From: Setoptus koraiensis
Taxonomy: Eukaryota > Animalia > Arthropoda
Length of the DNA: 64,000 nt
Assembly (NCBI GenBank): GCA_048013815.1
Contig: CM106585.1
Coordinates: 9,672,001 to 9,736,000 of the forward strand
Reading direction: 5' to 3'
Part shown: positions 11,452 through 24,335 of the stretch, piece by piece
Numbering within the stretch: the stretch's first letter is position 1
Layout of the letters: the number at the start of each line of letters is the position of its first letter
The notes under the pieces: generated by a model
Seen by the model: only the letters and a program-made list of their open reading frames with translations
What the model was told of the DNA's origin: nothing
Database searches by the model: none
Program-made: the position numbers and the translations under genes

Positions 11452-14400
11452 CGTGGTAGACAAACGATGACCGCCGAAATATTTCGAGCCACATTAGACA
11501 ATGCCAATGTTGTTATCTTAGCCCATGGTGCACTGGAATCTCAAATGTATTAGCACATGCACCACGGGAACAATCTTTCCATATTGCTATATTTTGCTAT
11601 AATCCGAGAGTTTAAGCTTTATTTTTGTAAATCGTTAGCCTACCAATAATCATGGAAATCAATCAATTTATTACTATTTTATTCGCACAAGCGACCATTG
11701 GCTGTGGAGCCTATATATGGAAAACTAATAAACAAGGACGTTTTCGCGTAATTTCTTTTGTTATCTTGAGCAACTTCATTCTCTGGCTTGTCGGCGAACA
11801 GTTACTGAAATTAAGATCACAAGATGGCTACAAATTCTGCTGACTATTTACTATTGCTGGCAATATCGAAATGAACGGTTTCACAATAGAGGAAGGTATT
11901 GAAATTTGCGCAACAAGTATATCGGGATAAATCCTGTCGAAAGTATCAATCCTGCGAGAGTGAGGTGTCCTCAGCTTGGCGCGAGATTATCTACCTTGTT
12001 ACATGTGAGTGAGCAATTAATCAGAAAATACCGTCTACAAGGGCGAAATTTGCCTTTATTGTTGCATTGTTGTCCAGACAGATTAGCCTGTTTCATGAAC
12101 TGACTGTCAGATAGACTCACACAGACACGAAGCTTAGCCAGTGGATACCTCTCTGTCCAGCATGGATAGATGACACAAGATAAAGCAGGCGTATGTGATC
12201 GTTGGCGGGGTGTTTATGGCATCGAAAAATCAGCCGGTTCATCATTCATCATTCTGGCACTGACAACATGATCGAATCGATCATTGTTTCGTTTCTCGCT
12301 AGTTGTTACATGCGAGGGAGACCTGTCTTGTTTTCAATATGCATTTGTTACGTTTGAAGAGGGAAGGGGGCAGAGCAGAGAATACAAATTTGTTACATTT
12401 GTTATCGCGCCAGGAGCATGGTCAATTTTCCATTAGTTTCGGTAACTTGGTGCACGAGCCGAAGATGATTTATGCGGCGTTTTGTCGACAACAACGCAAC
12501 GCAACGCAACACAACAAGCAAACAAGCAAACAAACAAGCAAACAAGCAGGCAAACAAATGTATTTGATTATTGGCCAATACCTTCTTCTCTGGCATTTGC
12601 AACAACTGCAAAAATAGCCTTGGCGTGGAGCCCTGTCTGGCGCAATTGCAAGATGCGCTGGACCAGAGCGATGAACAAAGTGTTGTTTGATGCGAAAATG
12701 GTTGGGCATTGATTGTACTGTTGTTGTCATGGTCCATTTATCGATAACTGGACTGGTCATTGTGCTGGCCAGTCGGGCGACCGGGCCCCAACCAGACCAT
12801 TGTTTGTGCATGAGACGACATGAGGGCGCTGAGCAAATGCGAGCCCCGCTTTCGTTGGCGCGTGCCATGATACTACCTGGATTGGGCCGTGACAAGGCAC
12901 GGTTATCATGGTTGTACATAGAATGTAATAGAATAAAGAATGTTTTTCTCTCTTTCTCACCCTGCGTCGTGGGCCCCGGCCAACAGAGGCGCACTTGCAA
13001 CAAGAATGCGACCGCTAATCTGGATTCCGCGGGCCACCACCATCCTTCGATCGCCGTGATCGGGGGGGGGGGCACACGTAGGCCCTTGATCAGCCAGTGA
13101 TATTGTTGTATATCGATGTAGCTAGGTAACGTTTGCCTGGCCGCCAGTGTGGGCCGGCTCAAATGCATGCCAGCTGGAAAATGGGAAGAAAACGGCAATA
13201 TCCATGGTAATAAAGAATGGAGGCTATTATATCGCTATTATATTGTTCTTATGGAATGACAAGCGCACACTCACAACAAATACGAAGCTATCTCGTTCGA
13301 GCGCCAGATCGGATGACAAGAGATGTATTAAGCCATTGCCGGCGACTGTGTGTATTGGCAGCGCAATTATTGATCTGCAACCTTTGCCACGGCTACACAT
13401 TCACCACAGCCAGATACAGTGTAGGTCGAATACATCGGACCTAGACAGTATAATATTTGGCCAGGCGAAACAGTGTAAAATTGATTAAGTTCGAGCCGGT
13501 ATCTGTCAGCCACCGGCTACCTCAAATGGGCCCCTCAAATGGATTACTGGCCACTGGAGCACGAGCCAACAAAAAGGCCAACAATTATTGGTTGCCAGTG
13601 AATTATTCGGCTGGCCAGCGGCGATTGGCAAGCGGGCCCAAGCGGCCGGCCGGCCGGCCGAATAATAATTCACCCAGTGGCTCGGATCGGCGCACGCGGC
13701 AGCCAGTGATTCGCTTCACTGGCTGAGCACGTCGTAACATATCTAAACTATGGATAAACCATGGAGCACCTGTCTGGCTGTATTTTTTGCCATCGTCCAG
13801 CGATGTATTGCCCTGTGTGTATGACGTGCTTGTTATGCGCACTTGTTATGAGCCCTCTTGGCGCCAGTTGTTGTGCCACTTCCGCCCTTCTCTATCCGTT
13901 GTTCACTCGATCCTCATTGCTGACCATTGCCGGCCAGCGAAGGGCAACAACACACGAGTTTTAATACGAGCCGAGATGTGAAAGGAAATGTAATGCCACG
14001 TCGTGCCTTGGGCCGGCCATGACACACACAGGGGTCATTGATATTAGTACAAATATTTTGACAGCTTTTGCTATCAACGGTGCACACCAGCCGAAATAAC
14101 GGTATATATAGAGACGGCAGCGTTTATTGTTGTTGTTGTTGTTGCTGTTATAATAACACCGCCGGCCAATATGAACCTTTGAATCCTTTTGTCCGCACTG
14201 GCGGGCGCTGTTATTATCGCCCATTGATGGGCCGCCTCAATGGGCCATCGGATATCTTGTCAAGATTTCCGACGCGGCCCAAAAAACAAAACATAACGCT
14301 CACAAAACCCAATTTGTTGGACTCCGACGGTATTTTTGTTCCTTTTCGGTGTTGTGCGCATTTCTCGTTATGCGGCTCTCGTTTCTGTCCCTTTTCTCTC

Positions 14401-15316
14401 GTTGTTCTCCCATTAGTCGGCGTTGCTCGGTCGCGGGCGAACGGACCTCATTTCACATGGTCGCGACCAGTTGTGTGTGTGTGTGTGTCGAAATGAATTT
14501 TTGCCGGTCACCATGGCAACCTTTATTTGTCGCAACAACCACAACCACACAGCAGCAACAGCAACAACAGCAACGACAACAACAACAGCAACGACAACAA
14601 CGGCAACTACAGCGACAACAGCAACAACAACAACAATTGACCAGCGTTTAACGGACAACGCACACACGCACAAACATTCTCACATAACAATATTAGCAAC
14701 GTGCCTGCTCATTGAAGGTGCACATTGGAACGCACGGTCAGAGAGAGCGAGAGAGAGGGGGGGCAATCTATTTGAGCCACCAAATAGATTGCAACATTCA
14801 GATACAGCAACAGACTTACGTAATTATGCTCTCATTTTGTTGTTGTGGTTGTTGTCGTTGTTGTTGCTGTCGTTGTTGTTGTTGTGGTTGCTGTCGTTGT
14901 TGTTGTTGTGGTTGCTGTCGTTGTTGTTGCGCCGCTCGCTCGTGTTGGTGTGGTCGCCAAGCTCGTTGCCCTCGGACCGTGCGCGCGACACTGGCCGCAC
15001 GCGGGTGTGTTATCTCGGGTGCCCCCAATGCAGCCGCAACAACAACAACAACAGCAACGGCAGCAACAGCAACAACGGCAACAGCAGCGCCACCAACTGC
15101 ACCAACAACCACAAATTTAGTCATATGGTTCGGTTGTGTCCGGCTCTGGCCAGAGCAAAAGCGAGTTGTGAGTGGCGCGGGCACGGGCTGGCTTGCGTCA
15201 TACTAACGGCATAACGGTATTACTGTGTGACTATGCTCGTGCTGGTGTGTGGAGGCAATTGTTTTGTCTCTGCCATTCGACTTACTGCACTGGGTCAACG
15301 GCTAATTGTTGATTGA

Positions 15317-15372
15317 GGGAGCGAGAGGGAGAGAGAGAGAGAGGGAGAGGGAGAGAGAGAGAGGGAGAGAGG
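15317..15372 (+). repeat. (GA)n/GGGAGA purine tract upstream of the IQ-protein gene
   Basis: gagggagcgagagggagagagagagagaggg read directly; a GAGA-factor-type role would be inference. Confidence 0.85.
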
Positions 15373-16067
15373 CTTCGCTTAACGGTCGCAACACACAGTC
15401 ACAAATGGTTACATAATGTGTCCACTACTGTAACAAGCGCCTAATGTTATGTAACTATGTATGGCAAACTGTTTTTGGTCTCATTTCGTCATCATTTCAT
15501 GTCGAGTGTGGCGCCAGTGTCCGTCTCGGTGAGCTTATTTATTTTGCCATTATCGTCGACAAATCAAGCCATTAGTATTACACACACACTTACTTGACTT
15601 ACATGAGCCAAAGCGATCAAATATTGTCATCTAGTCTCGCTAATATGAATAAATAATGGCAGCCATAATCCTAATTGAAGCAGCGGCCCGCCACTCAAGC
15701 TGCCGTGATCATTACCGCCACCACTAGGCCAGCCCAGGTCGCCCACGTCGCCGGAACATCTCGCCCGCCCGCCCGCTCTAGTCGAGCCAGCCCAGTCTTG
15801 CCATCAGAGTATTGCCAGCAGCGTCTTGCCAGCATATTTTTGTCCGCTTAGTCTTGCCAGAATAGTCTTGCCAGAATAGGCTTGCCAGAATAGGCTTGCC
15901 AGCGTAGGCACGAGCAAGATATTAACTGAGGCCCGCTCAATTTGGGCTCAATTTGGGCTCGTTTCGCAACGCCGGCCGGCAACTCGCAAGTCAGTGTTTA
16001 TGGTGCCCGGTGTTGCCGTTGGGCCGAAAGTTCAAGCCGTATAGCAGCGAGCACAGATAAGGCGACC

Positions 16068-16431
16068 ATGGGCTGCAACCAATCCACGTCCGCGGCAGAC
16101 GACACAAATCCGGCCAACAAGCCAGCCAGCGGCGACCAATCCGGCGGCGGCGGCGAGGCCAACAGCGCGCACCAAACAACAGCAAATAAGACAACGACAA
16201 GAACAGAGCGAAACAACAACAACAACAAATTGAATGTCAGAGGCAAATTGGATGCGCCCAGCAAACCAAAACTATCCGAAATACAAACAACGGCAGCAAG
16301 CAAACAGCATAACAATAAATATCAAGATCAGACCAATAACAACTGCAGCACCGCCAGTGCAGCAGAGAATTCCGTCGGCCAACAGAGAGCCATTGACAGT
16401 GATAACAACAATAACAATAAAGCAGGCAAAG
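16068..16431 (+). CDS. igl: igloo/GAP-43-like IQ-motif calmodulin-binding protein, first coding exon of the long form
   Basis: ATG in ggcgaccATGG context; MGCNQST has G2/C3/S6 acylation consensus and resembles the MGCNTS start I recall for Drosophila Igloo-L; donor G|gtgagt, phase 1. Confidence 0.65.
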
Positions 16432-17567
16432 GTGAGTAATGGGCCCCATTTAAATGGATTATTTCGCATGAGACACTATCAATTACAGTTTAATCTTTGT
16501 CGCGCTTGCAATCTCTTGAGTGAGTCTGGCCCCGGCTGTCGGGTCGCTCTCTCGGTCGGGGTCAAGAGCAGCCATTTTTAGAATGATCAATCAATCCGGC
16601 CCGCTGACCAGAGAGCGACCGCCTAAACAGTAACCGCTGAGCCTTTCGGGGCCCCAATGAGAGGTCTTGCGATCTCGTTACGTCTTATTCGGCTTACTCT
16701 TGTGTGTCGGGCGCGCCTTGTAAGCCGAACGCAATGAGAGCGCCATGAGAGCGCCATGAGAGCGCAACGATAACGCGATGAGAAGGCAACGAGAAGGCAA
16801 TAAGAAGGCAATAAGAACGCGAATAAGAATCGCCAAGAAGAGCCCAAGTCGGGTCTTAAATGAGCAGCAGCCCAGAATAAAAGCCCGTTATCCCGTCCGT
16901 GGCCAGTGGCATTATGGCTTGTGCGAGTCCATTACGCCCAGCACTTGTTGTAGCCTACAACTTGTAGGCCTAGCACGCGCAAAAACACGCGCAATATCCG
17001 CATTGATTGAGCCTGCTAAATGTCACCCAGGAGGTCGTGTTATGTTAACAGTACATGTGTGTGACACACGGATATAACACGACGGGCCGAGTTCATTGAG
17101 TGCCCGACTGAAGAATGGGCCCGCTCGAGGGCGCCAGCCGCCAGCCCAGACACATGCAGCGAGATAGCGAGATACAGCGGACAGTACAGTACGCTTACGT
17201 GATTGCGGTGCCCGCGCCGCGCGTCCCCAAAAACAAGACCGGCCAACGTTCGCCAATGATGAACAATCCCGCTGACAATATCCAATTCGTTATATCCGTT
17301 CGCTGAGCTTGAGCCGAACATATTGTGGACATGAAGTGGAGCCGCCGAAATGGCCGCCAGCCAGACCCACCGGCTGACCGAGTGGGGCCCAGGGGCCCCG
17401 CACTAAATTCCCTGGCCAAAATAAATTCAATTAAGCAGCACAAGCCGCCCAGCACATGCCCTGCCCCGCCTCTAATTAGCGAGCGCCCGCCAAAATATTG
17501 ATGATCTCGCCAATTGCGCCCGCCAGCAACGTGTGTCGTGCGTGTGCGTGTGACATGTGTGCGTGTG

Positions 17568-17600
<33 letters not shown>

Positions 17601-17900
17601 TGACAGTGTTGGCCCTGCGACGACGACGACGACACCGACGACGACAACGAGCAAACCGTTACGAGTCGCTTGCGCTCAAGCGCCACTTAACGACGCTCAT
17701 CAATTCTCAAGATGGCGACTGTAAACCAGACCAGTTATAACTAATTTCGAGCAAGCCACTAGCCAGCCCACTAAACCAGCTCACCTGACCGCTCTACCTG
17801 TACCCGTGTCATTTGTAATGAACGATACCTACCTACCTCGCCGATCATTCATTCGCTACCCGCATTTACCGTGCCGCGCCGCGCCGCCCGTACATCGCAG

Positions 17901-18850
17901 TAAACAAGGCAAACAAGGGCACGCCACCGACCATTCGGGTGTTTCTAGCAGTCGATCACATCACAATACGAGCGGGCGCCACCGCGGCCGACATAAATGA
18001 GCTGGCAAGCCTCGGGCGCGACAACCAGAATTACACCAGCGAAACACGGGGCGACAGCGACGAAAACTCTGGCGAAATAACCGCAGACATCGTCGCTGAC
18101 AGCAGCGACACTAGCGGCTCGGATGGGGGGGACGAGCATGCCGGCGAGCAGGCAAGAAATGATAATTCAAACAATCGCAAACAATCCAGCGCCGCCAGAG
18201 ATGAGCGAAGCCGCCCCCACGGGCCCGCTGATGAACTTTGCGCGAATAAATTAATCAGCAACAATGATCCGCGGGCTTCATTTGTCAAGCTGTCGAGCTC
18301 ACCTGAGGCCGAGCCGGGCCCAATCGAGCCCGTGCTGAGTGTCAGCGAGCGCCCGCTGGAGGAGCACAGAGGCAAGCGCCGGCAACAACAACAACAGCAA
18401 CAACAACAGCAGCAACAGCAACAACAACAACAACAGCAGCAACAGCAACAACAACAACAACAACAACAGCAACAACAGCAACAACAGCAACAACAGCAAC
18501 AACAGCAACAGCAACAACAGCAGCGGCAACAACGGGGCGACTTGCGTCATCAGCGGATACCCGAGCACGACAGCGCCGAGCGAGATGCCGGCAACAGCGA
18601 AAGTGGCAACCGCGTCAATGGCCGCCGAGACAACGGCGCACAAGCCGACAAGCGGGCCGGGCATTCGAAAGATAAGTCCAGTGGGCCCGAGTTTTGGTCG
18701 CATGGGCCGGATAGCGCCGCACCGAGCACCGCTCACAATACCGCTCACAATACCGCACCGAACGCCGCACCGAATGCCGCACACAAGGTAGGGATTGCTG
18801 GCGGCCGTCACGCGCTCAGCAGAGCTAAATCAATCTCCGAGTCAAGCCGC

Positions 18851-18888
<38 letters not shown>

Positions 18889-19178
18889 ATCATCGTCGTC
18901 GTCGTCGTCCACCTGTCGGGATTCCGGCGGTGCGAATTGTGAGACGAGGAAGAAACAAAAGAAAAAGCCAGAGCCCGTTGGCGTTGGCGCGGCCGCACCG
19001 GCCAAAGACCCGCGCAAGCCACGGGCCAAGAATGCGCGCACCGAACAGCCGAGCAAGGCGCACAAGAGCGGCCACCCGACGACAGGCGGACGGCCCCCCT
19101 GGAACTCTTCGTATGGGCACATATGCTCGCCAAGTGGCCCGGCGAGCATACTGAAAAAGAGAAGCAACCAGCGCACAG
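17901..19178 (+). CDS. igl: IQ-protein exon 2: low-complexity phase 1-1 exon with Q47 and S20 tracts (alternative acceptors give starts at 17949 or 17952)
   Basis: Over 1.2 kb open in one frame; three in-frame phase-1 acceptors; donor G|gtaagc at 19178/19179. Link to the IQ exons rests on phase compatibility, not homology. Confidence 0.55.
18383..18523 (+). repeat. CAA/CAG repeat encoding 47 consecutive Gln
   Basis: 141 nt in the frame of the 17939 ORF. Confidence 0.95.
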
Positions 19179-22100
19179 GTAAGCTGTAGTCAGTGTGGCG
19201 CCACCTAGAGTTTGCGACAATTTGTTTTGTTTTATTCTCGTCAGGGCGCGATAATTGCCAATGGTGGCGCGCGAGGGCTCCTTTCGCGCCATCCGCCCCA
19301 TCCGCGTCATTCGCGCCATTCACGCCATTCGCGCCATTCGCGCCATTAGAAACATTCGAAACATTCGGTCGCGGATTCAAATGGGAGCCGGGCGCGATTG
19401 TGCCGGCTCGGGTTGCTGCCTCGGGCCGACGCTTGCCCACGTGAGCCGGACGATCTGACAAGCGCGCGTTGGCGCGGCCAAGGTGAGTTTGACAGGTCGC
19501 AGCCGGAGTTGCGCTAAAATGTGACGCTCGCTTGCAGGTGACAGCCGCTTGGCTGCCAGATAATTGTCGCGGGTGCGCCCTGGTGACAGCATAAAGAAAG
19601 GGGGCGAATTTTGTAAAGCGGCCTATATATAAATAAATACGCTGTTGTGTGTTTATATTGTGGCGCGTCGCGGTGCCGGCGGAAACGGGATTGGCTTTTA
19701 GTTTAGCTGGCACTTGCGCCGACTTGAATTATGGGGCGACTTTGGGCGACGGCCAGGCCGGCAACAACGACAACAGCAGCAACAGCAACAACGACAACAG
19801 CAGCAACAGCAACAACGACAGCACCAACAACAAATGAGACGCGCTCTGACAGTCGGGCCGACATCCGAGGCAAGACGCGCCGCTTTGCAAAGATTGCTAT
19901 CTCGGCGCCGAACACAATGCAGTGTGTTCTTTACAGTGTTTGTTGTCACAAACTGCAACTGTGTCGGTGTTGCGTATCAGGCGCCGGTCGGCGTGACAGT
20001 GGTCAGTTGCGACAGTTGTTATCAGTTAGTTAATCGGGTTAGTTGAGTGCGCAAACAATAAATAGGCCGCCTAGCGGCTGAGCGGCTCACTTGCGGGCCC
20101 GGCGCTGGCGGCGTCGGGCCGCCTATCTCGCCGGAGCGGGCTCGTTTTTGACAAGACGGCCAGCGTGCCATATATTAGCATTATGTAGGCCGGCGGCCCG
20201 TTGTTGCGCCGCCGGCAGCAAATCTTTGTCGGCTGGCCGCCAGCCAGCGAGTGGCCAGCGAGTGGCCACGTCCGAGGGGCCCCATCGGCCGCGGCCAGAT
20301 AAATATAGAGACGGCGACAATCGCACAATTGGCTGGCGTGTCGCGCTCACAAAAGAACCAATGTCGCCTATTGGGCGGCTTTGGCGCTTTATTGTCCGCC
20401 GGCCATTATTGGCCGCTGGCCACACTGCAGCGTGCGTGCGGGGGCCCCACACTGATTTATTTCATTATTTGTCCGCCCGATAAATATATCAATTGACAGT
20501 TGGCGCAACCGTTGATGTTTGCTACATTAGTTGCGTATATGTGGCCATTGCTCAATTTGCCCGACAGTTGTGACCAGTCCAAGTGGGCCCATTTGTCGCT
20601 GCCAGCTCCATTGGCCTCCTCGTGCTTGCTCCGCTTGCTGCCAGCAAGCGGCCGGCCCGGCCAACGGGCAGGACAGTTGCAAATGCCGACGGGCGCCCCA
20701 ATTTGCCTGTGTGTCGCGCGGCGCGGGTAATTTATCTGTCTGGCAACGAAACATAATTTTGCAATTTGCTCCAATGTGACCGTAAACGTTGATTGGAGCG
20801 CCCACAGCGATCAGTGCCGGCCCGTGACAAGCCTGTCGGTCAATTCAATTTTTGGCCCGCGCTGGTCGGGCACGGGCCCGCAACGGGTCCGCAACGGGTC
20901 CGCAACGATGCCACAACAGGCCAGATCGCGCGGCCCGGCCGGATCGGCAACAGCATCGGCCGACGGGCCGGCCCCAATTGGCTGCTGGCCCGCCGGCCAG
21001 CTAATCTAATTTCTCTGGTCTGGCCACGCGCACTCCATTCAGGGCTTCCCTTGCTCTTTGCGGCTTGCTCGCCAGCCCAGGCGCCCGCCGCCAACAAACA
21101 ATGGGGCCCAAAATAGAGGCCCAGAACGGGGCCCCAAAGCGGGGCCCCAGAACGGAGCCCATCAGAATTAAACACACACGCGCCCGCGCTGGCTCAGTTC
21201 TCATGATGATTGATGGCGCGCAATCACTCGGAATAGGGATGCTATCTCGCGCTGGGCCAGCTGTCTTTTGGGGCGCCTGACAGTTGACTGGCGCGACTGG
21301 CGGGCGCGGCGGCTTATTACGGGCCGGCCGGCGGCGGCGGCGCGGCCCGGTTGCCGGGCGACAACAGCCGACATTGTTAACTTATTCTGTACACACAGAT
21401 TGCTAACTAGCCCTGAGCTGCACGGCTAGCTGTGTATTAGTTAATGCTAATGTCGCCCCTGTCTGTTTGCCCGTCTGCCGGTCCGTTTGTCTGCCCGCCC
21501 GTCAGTCTGTGTGTGCGGCGGCGGCGGCAGCGGGCCGCCCGTCGGCCGCTCTTCAGCGCCGCCCTGCTGCGCAGTCACTGGACAGTGCGACGCACCATCT
21601 AAAATTTGCCCAAATGTGCCCCTTGCACCAGTCGAACGGGGTATTTAGCGCGCCCTGGCGGGCCGGTGGCGCTCTACGGGCGCCGCTCTCTCGGCGGGCC
21701 GCTGGCAAGATGCCAGCCAGCCGCCGGGCGCTCAAATAAATGTGTCACCAACGGAGCGCCGCACGAGCGCATGCCAGCGCACAAACAATCAAATCAATCA
21801 TGTCATGTTTCTATCTGCGCCCGTCATTGTCCGCGTGCGTGCCGGCCCGTCTGCCCGTCGTTTGTTTGTTTGTGTGTCCTGCTTTGCACCACAACAGATC
21901 AGCTGACTGTTTGGGGGGGGGGGGCGAGTGTCGCATATATTAATTCAGCGCGCGTTACGTAACACGCGCCCAGTATCAACTAGCTGGCTGGCTGATTTGG
22001 CTATGCGAGGAACCTGTCGCAAGTTGAGCAGCCCGAGAGCGAGACTTTTGAGCGTTTGAGCGGCTAAAGGAGGCGCGCGCGCCTTCGAGGGGCCCCAGAA

Positions 22101-22966
22101 GCGGCTCACAAGCGGAGGGCGCGCTGAAAAATAAATCGGCGACAAGGCGACTGAGGCCCCCCGAGCGGCGCATCGGAGTGGCGGGCCGTCAGTGGGCGTC
22201 GTGACGAGCGCACAATCTGGCACGACAACTGGGCGACTATATCGGGCGTGTTGACATACGAGAGCTTGTTGTTTGGCTCGCCGAGTGGCGCCCGCGCTTG
22301 TTGTTTGGCTGGGCGAGTGGCGCCCGCGACCCAAGACGCGAGCCAAGGTAAAAAATCAATTCTCGGGCTGGTTTGTGTAGGGCCCGGTTGGGTCGTTGTA
22401 AATCCGTCGTGTCGGCTGCACTTGTCGTGTCGCCCGGCCACCATATGCCACAGTTCACACTGTGAAATTTCACACTTGGCACAAACTGGCAGCTTGTTTG
22501 CTGGCTGCTCGTTGGGGCCCCGCTGATGAGGCCGCAAGCAACAACAAATTTCACCGGCGGCCACACGAAGCATCCAGCAACGGCAAAGGGGCGACAATAT
22601 GACAATATGACGCAACTGGGCGCCTTGTTTACCTGGCTGTAGTTGGCGTGTTTGCACAGCGAGCCAACTTGTATAAACTGGCTCGTGTGTTTACGGCTGA
22701 AAAATGGGGCGCCAGCCAGCGACAGAGTCAAGTATCATTATTGTTATTGGCGCCAGTGTTGTTGTCGCTGCCGGTGCCGCTGTTATTATAAGCGCTGTTA
22801 TTATCGTCATTAGATTATCATTATTGGGGCCCCGGCGAACCGTGCAAACAGAGCAAACGCTCGTCGGGTGTCAGGTGAACCGGTTGCCAGTGGACGATTG
22901 CGCTTTTGCGCAACGGCGCCACTGGCACGTTTCGCGCCGCCAGGCGCCCAGCTCACGGCCGACGAA

Positions 22967-23095
22967 AAATAACGGGCCGCCGCGCAAAATAACGGGCCGC
23001 CGCGCAAAATAACGGGCCGCCGCGCAAAATAACGGGCCGCCGCGCAAAATAACGGGCCGCCACGGGAAATAACGGGCCGCCACGCAAAATTACGG
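22967..23095 (+). repeat. 20-bp minisatellite (AAATAACGGGCCGCCGCGCA), about 6.5 copies
   Basis: Head-to-tail copies degenerating at the 3' end; no spacers. Confidence 0.95.
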
Positions 23096-23688
23096 GCACG
23101 CGAGCACTGGCCGAGGCTGAGCTGTCGGGCCCGAGCAACCAAAAAACGGCTCGATATTTCGGACGGATGCCTGCTGCGCCGCTGATGCTGACGGTATCGC
23201 AACGGTGCCTCTGCAAGTAGCCGCGCCAAGCAAGACGAGCGGCGCGCTTCAATGGCTGCCATTGCGTAACCCGTTGCGTAAGTTGCGCACTGACTGACTA
23301 TTGGCGCGAGTGGTACGCGCCGCACACGGATCACACGGCGCACATTCCCTGGGCTCGCGGCGGCACATGCGCGACCTGCCGCGGGTCGGTCAGCGTGCAT
23401 GTCGGCCCCAAACGCGCTGTCTCGTGTTGTCTCGCGGTATCTCGCGATGTCCCGTGCTGCCTCTCGGCGCTGTGCGGCACAGCTACCGCCAGCCAACCGG
23501 CTCGCTGTCCCGCAACAGCAATTACTGTGCCTGCCTTCGGTGTGCCTGGCAGAGCGCGCGTGTGCGTGCTCGAAACACACACACACACGCACGCATTGGC
23601 GAGCTAGCCCGCCAACGGTTTGTTGTGCGCGCGCACGCAGAGGGCCCCACGGAGCCCCAATTGAATTTAGTTTTGATCCAGTTCATTC

Positions 23689-24335
23689 AGTCTGTCAGTA
23701 GTGTCGCCACTGTCGTCCGAATCGATCCAATTCAATCAAATCAAATTCAATCCAGTTCGTCAGTTCGAGCCAATCCAATCCCGACGAATCCAATTCAATC
23801 GAAAAGAATCCGCCGGCCGATCAATTCAATCAATTGCAATTGCATCTTCGCTTAGAATCAGCGCAGCAGACGAGAGTGGACAAAGTCAAGTTAACAATTA
23901 AGTTGATCATCAGACGATTGGCACAAATCGATCCAACGCAATCTTGCGCAATCTTTGTTACAATTTGCCGCTCTGTCACTGCAAACTGACACTGCAATTT
24001 CGAGAGTTACCCAACAAACAAAACGAAACACAGCAAAACACAACACAGAAGCTGCCGCATCTTGTTAGTGTGCTCACCTGTCGTCGCAACACCGCCTGGC
24101 AGCAAACAAGCGAACTAGCAAAACTCAATCATACAAGTGACACGTCAACTCATATATCCATAAATCGCACGCAAGCGTTCGCCAGCATTCGCATCTCGGC
24201 TAACTGTGGCCACTCCATCGATTCGCTCGATATTCACAACATCCAAATCTCGTCGGACCGCTGCAAACTGCACCAAGTCACCTAGCGACACAGCAGCAAA
24301 CCAGCGACACTGCAGCAAATCACCTAGCGAGCAAG
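23689..24335 (+). promoter_or_regulatory. Candidate internal promoter and non-coding first exon of the IQ-protein gene
   Basis: Arthropod initiator TCAGTC at 23687-23692; no ATG in 647 nt; strong donor AAG|gtaaga at 24335/24336. Confidence 0.5.

Noticed and set aside
18299-18811. Poly-Leu membrane-like ORFs (also 1111-1464 and 7156-7416)
   Set aside because: Antisense or off-frame shadows of CAA/CAG and AAT repeats
22967-23095. CRISPR-like appearance of regular repeats (also 36026 and 47703)
   Set aside because: Contiguous units with no unique spacers, no cas genes, eukaryotic context
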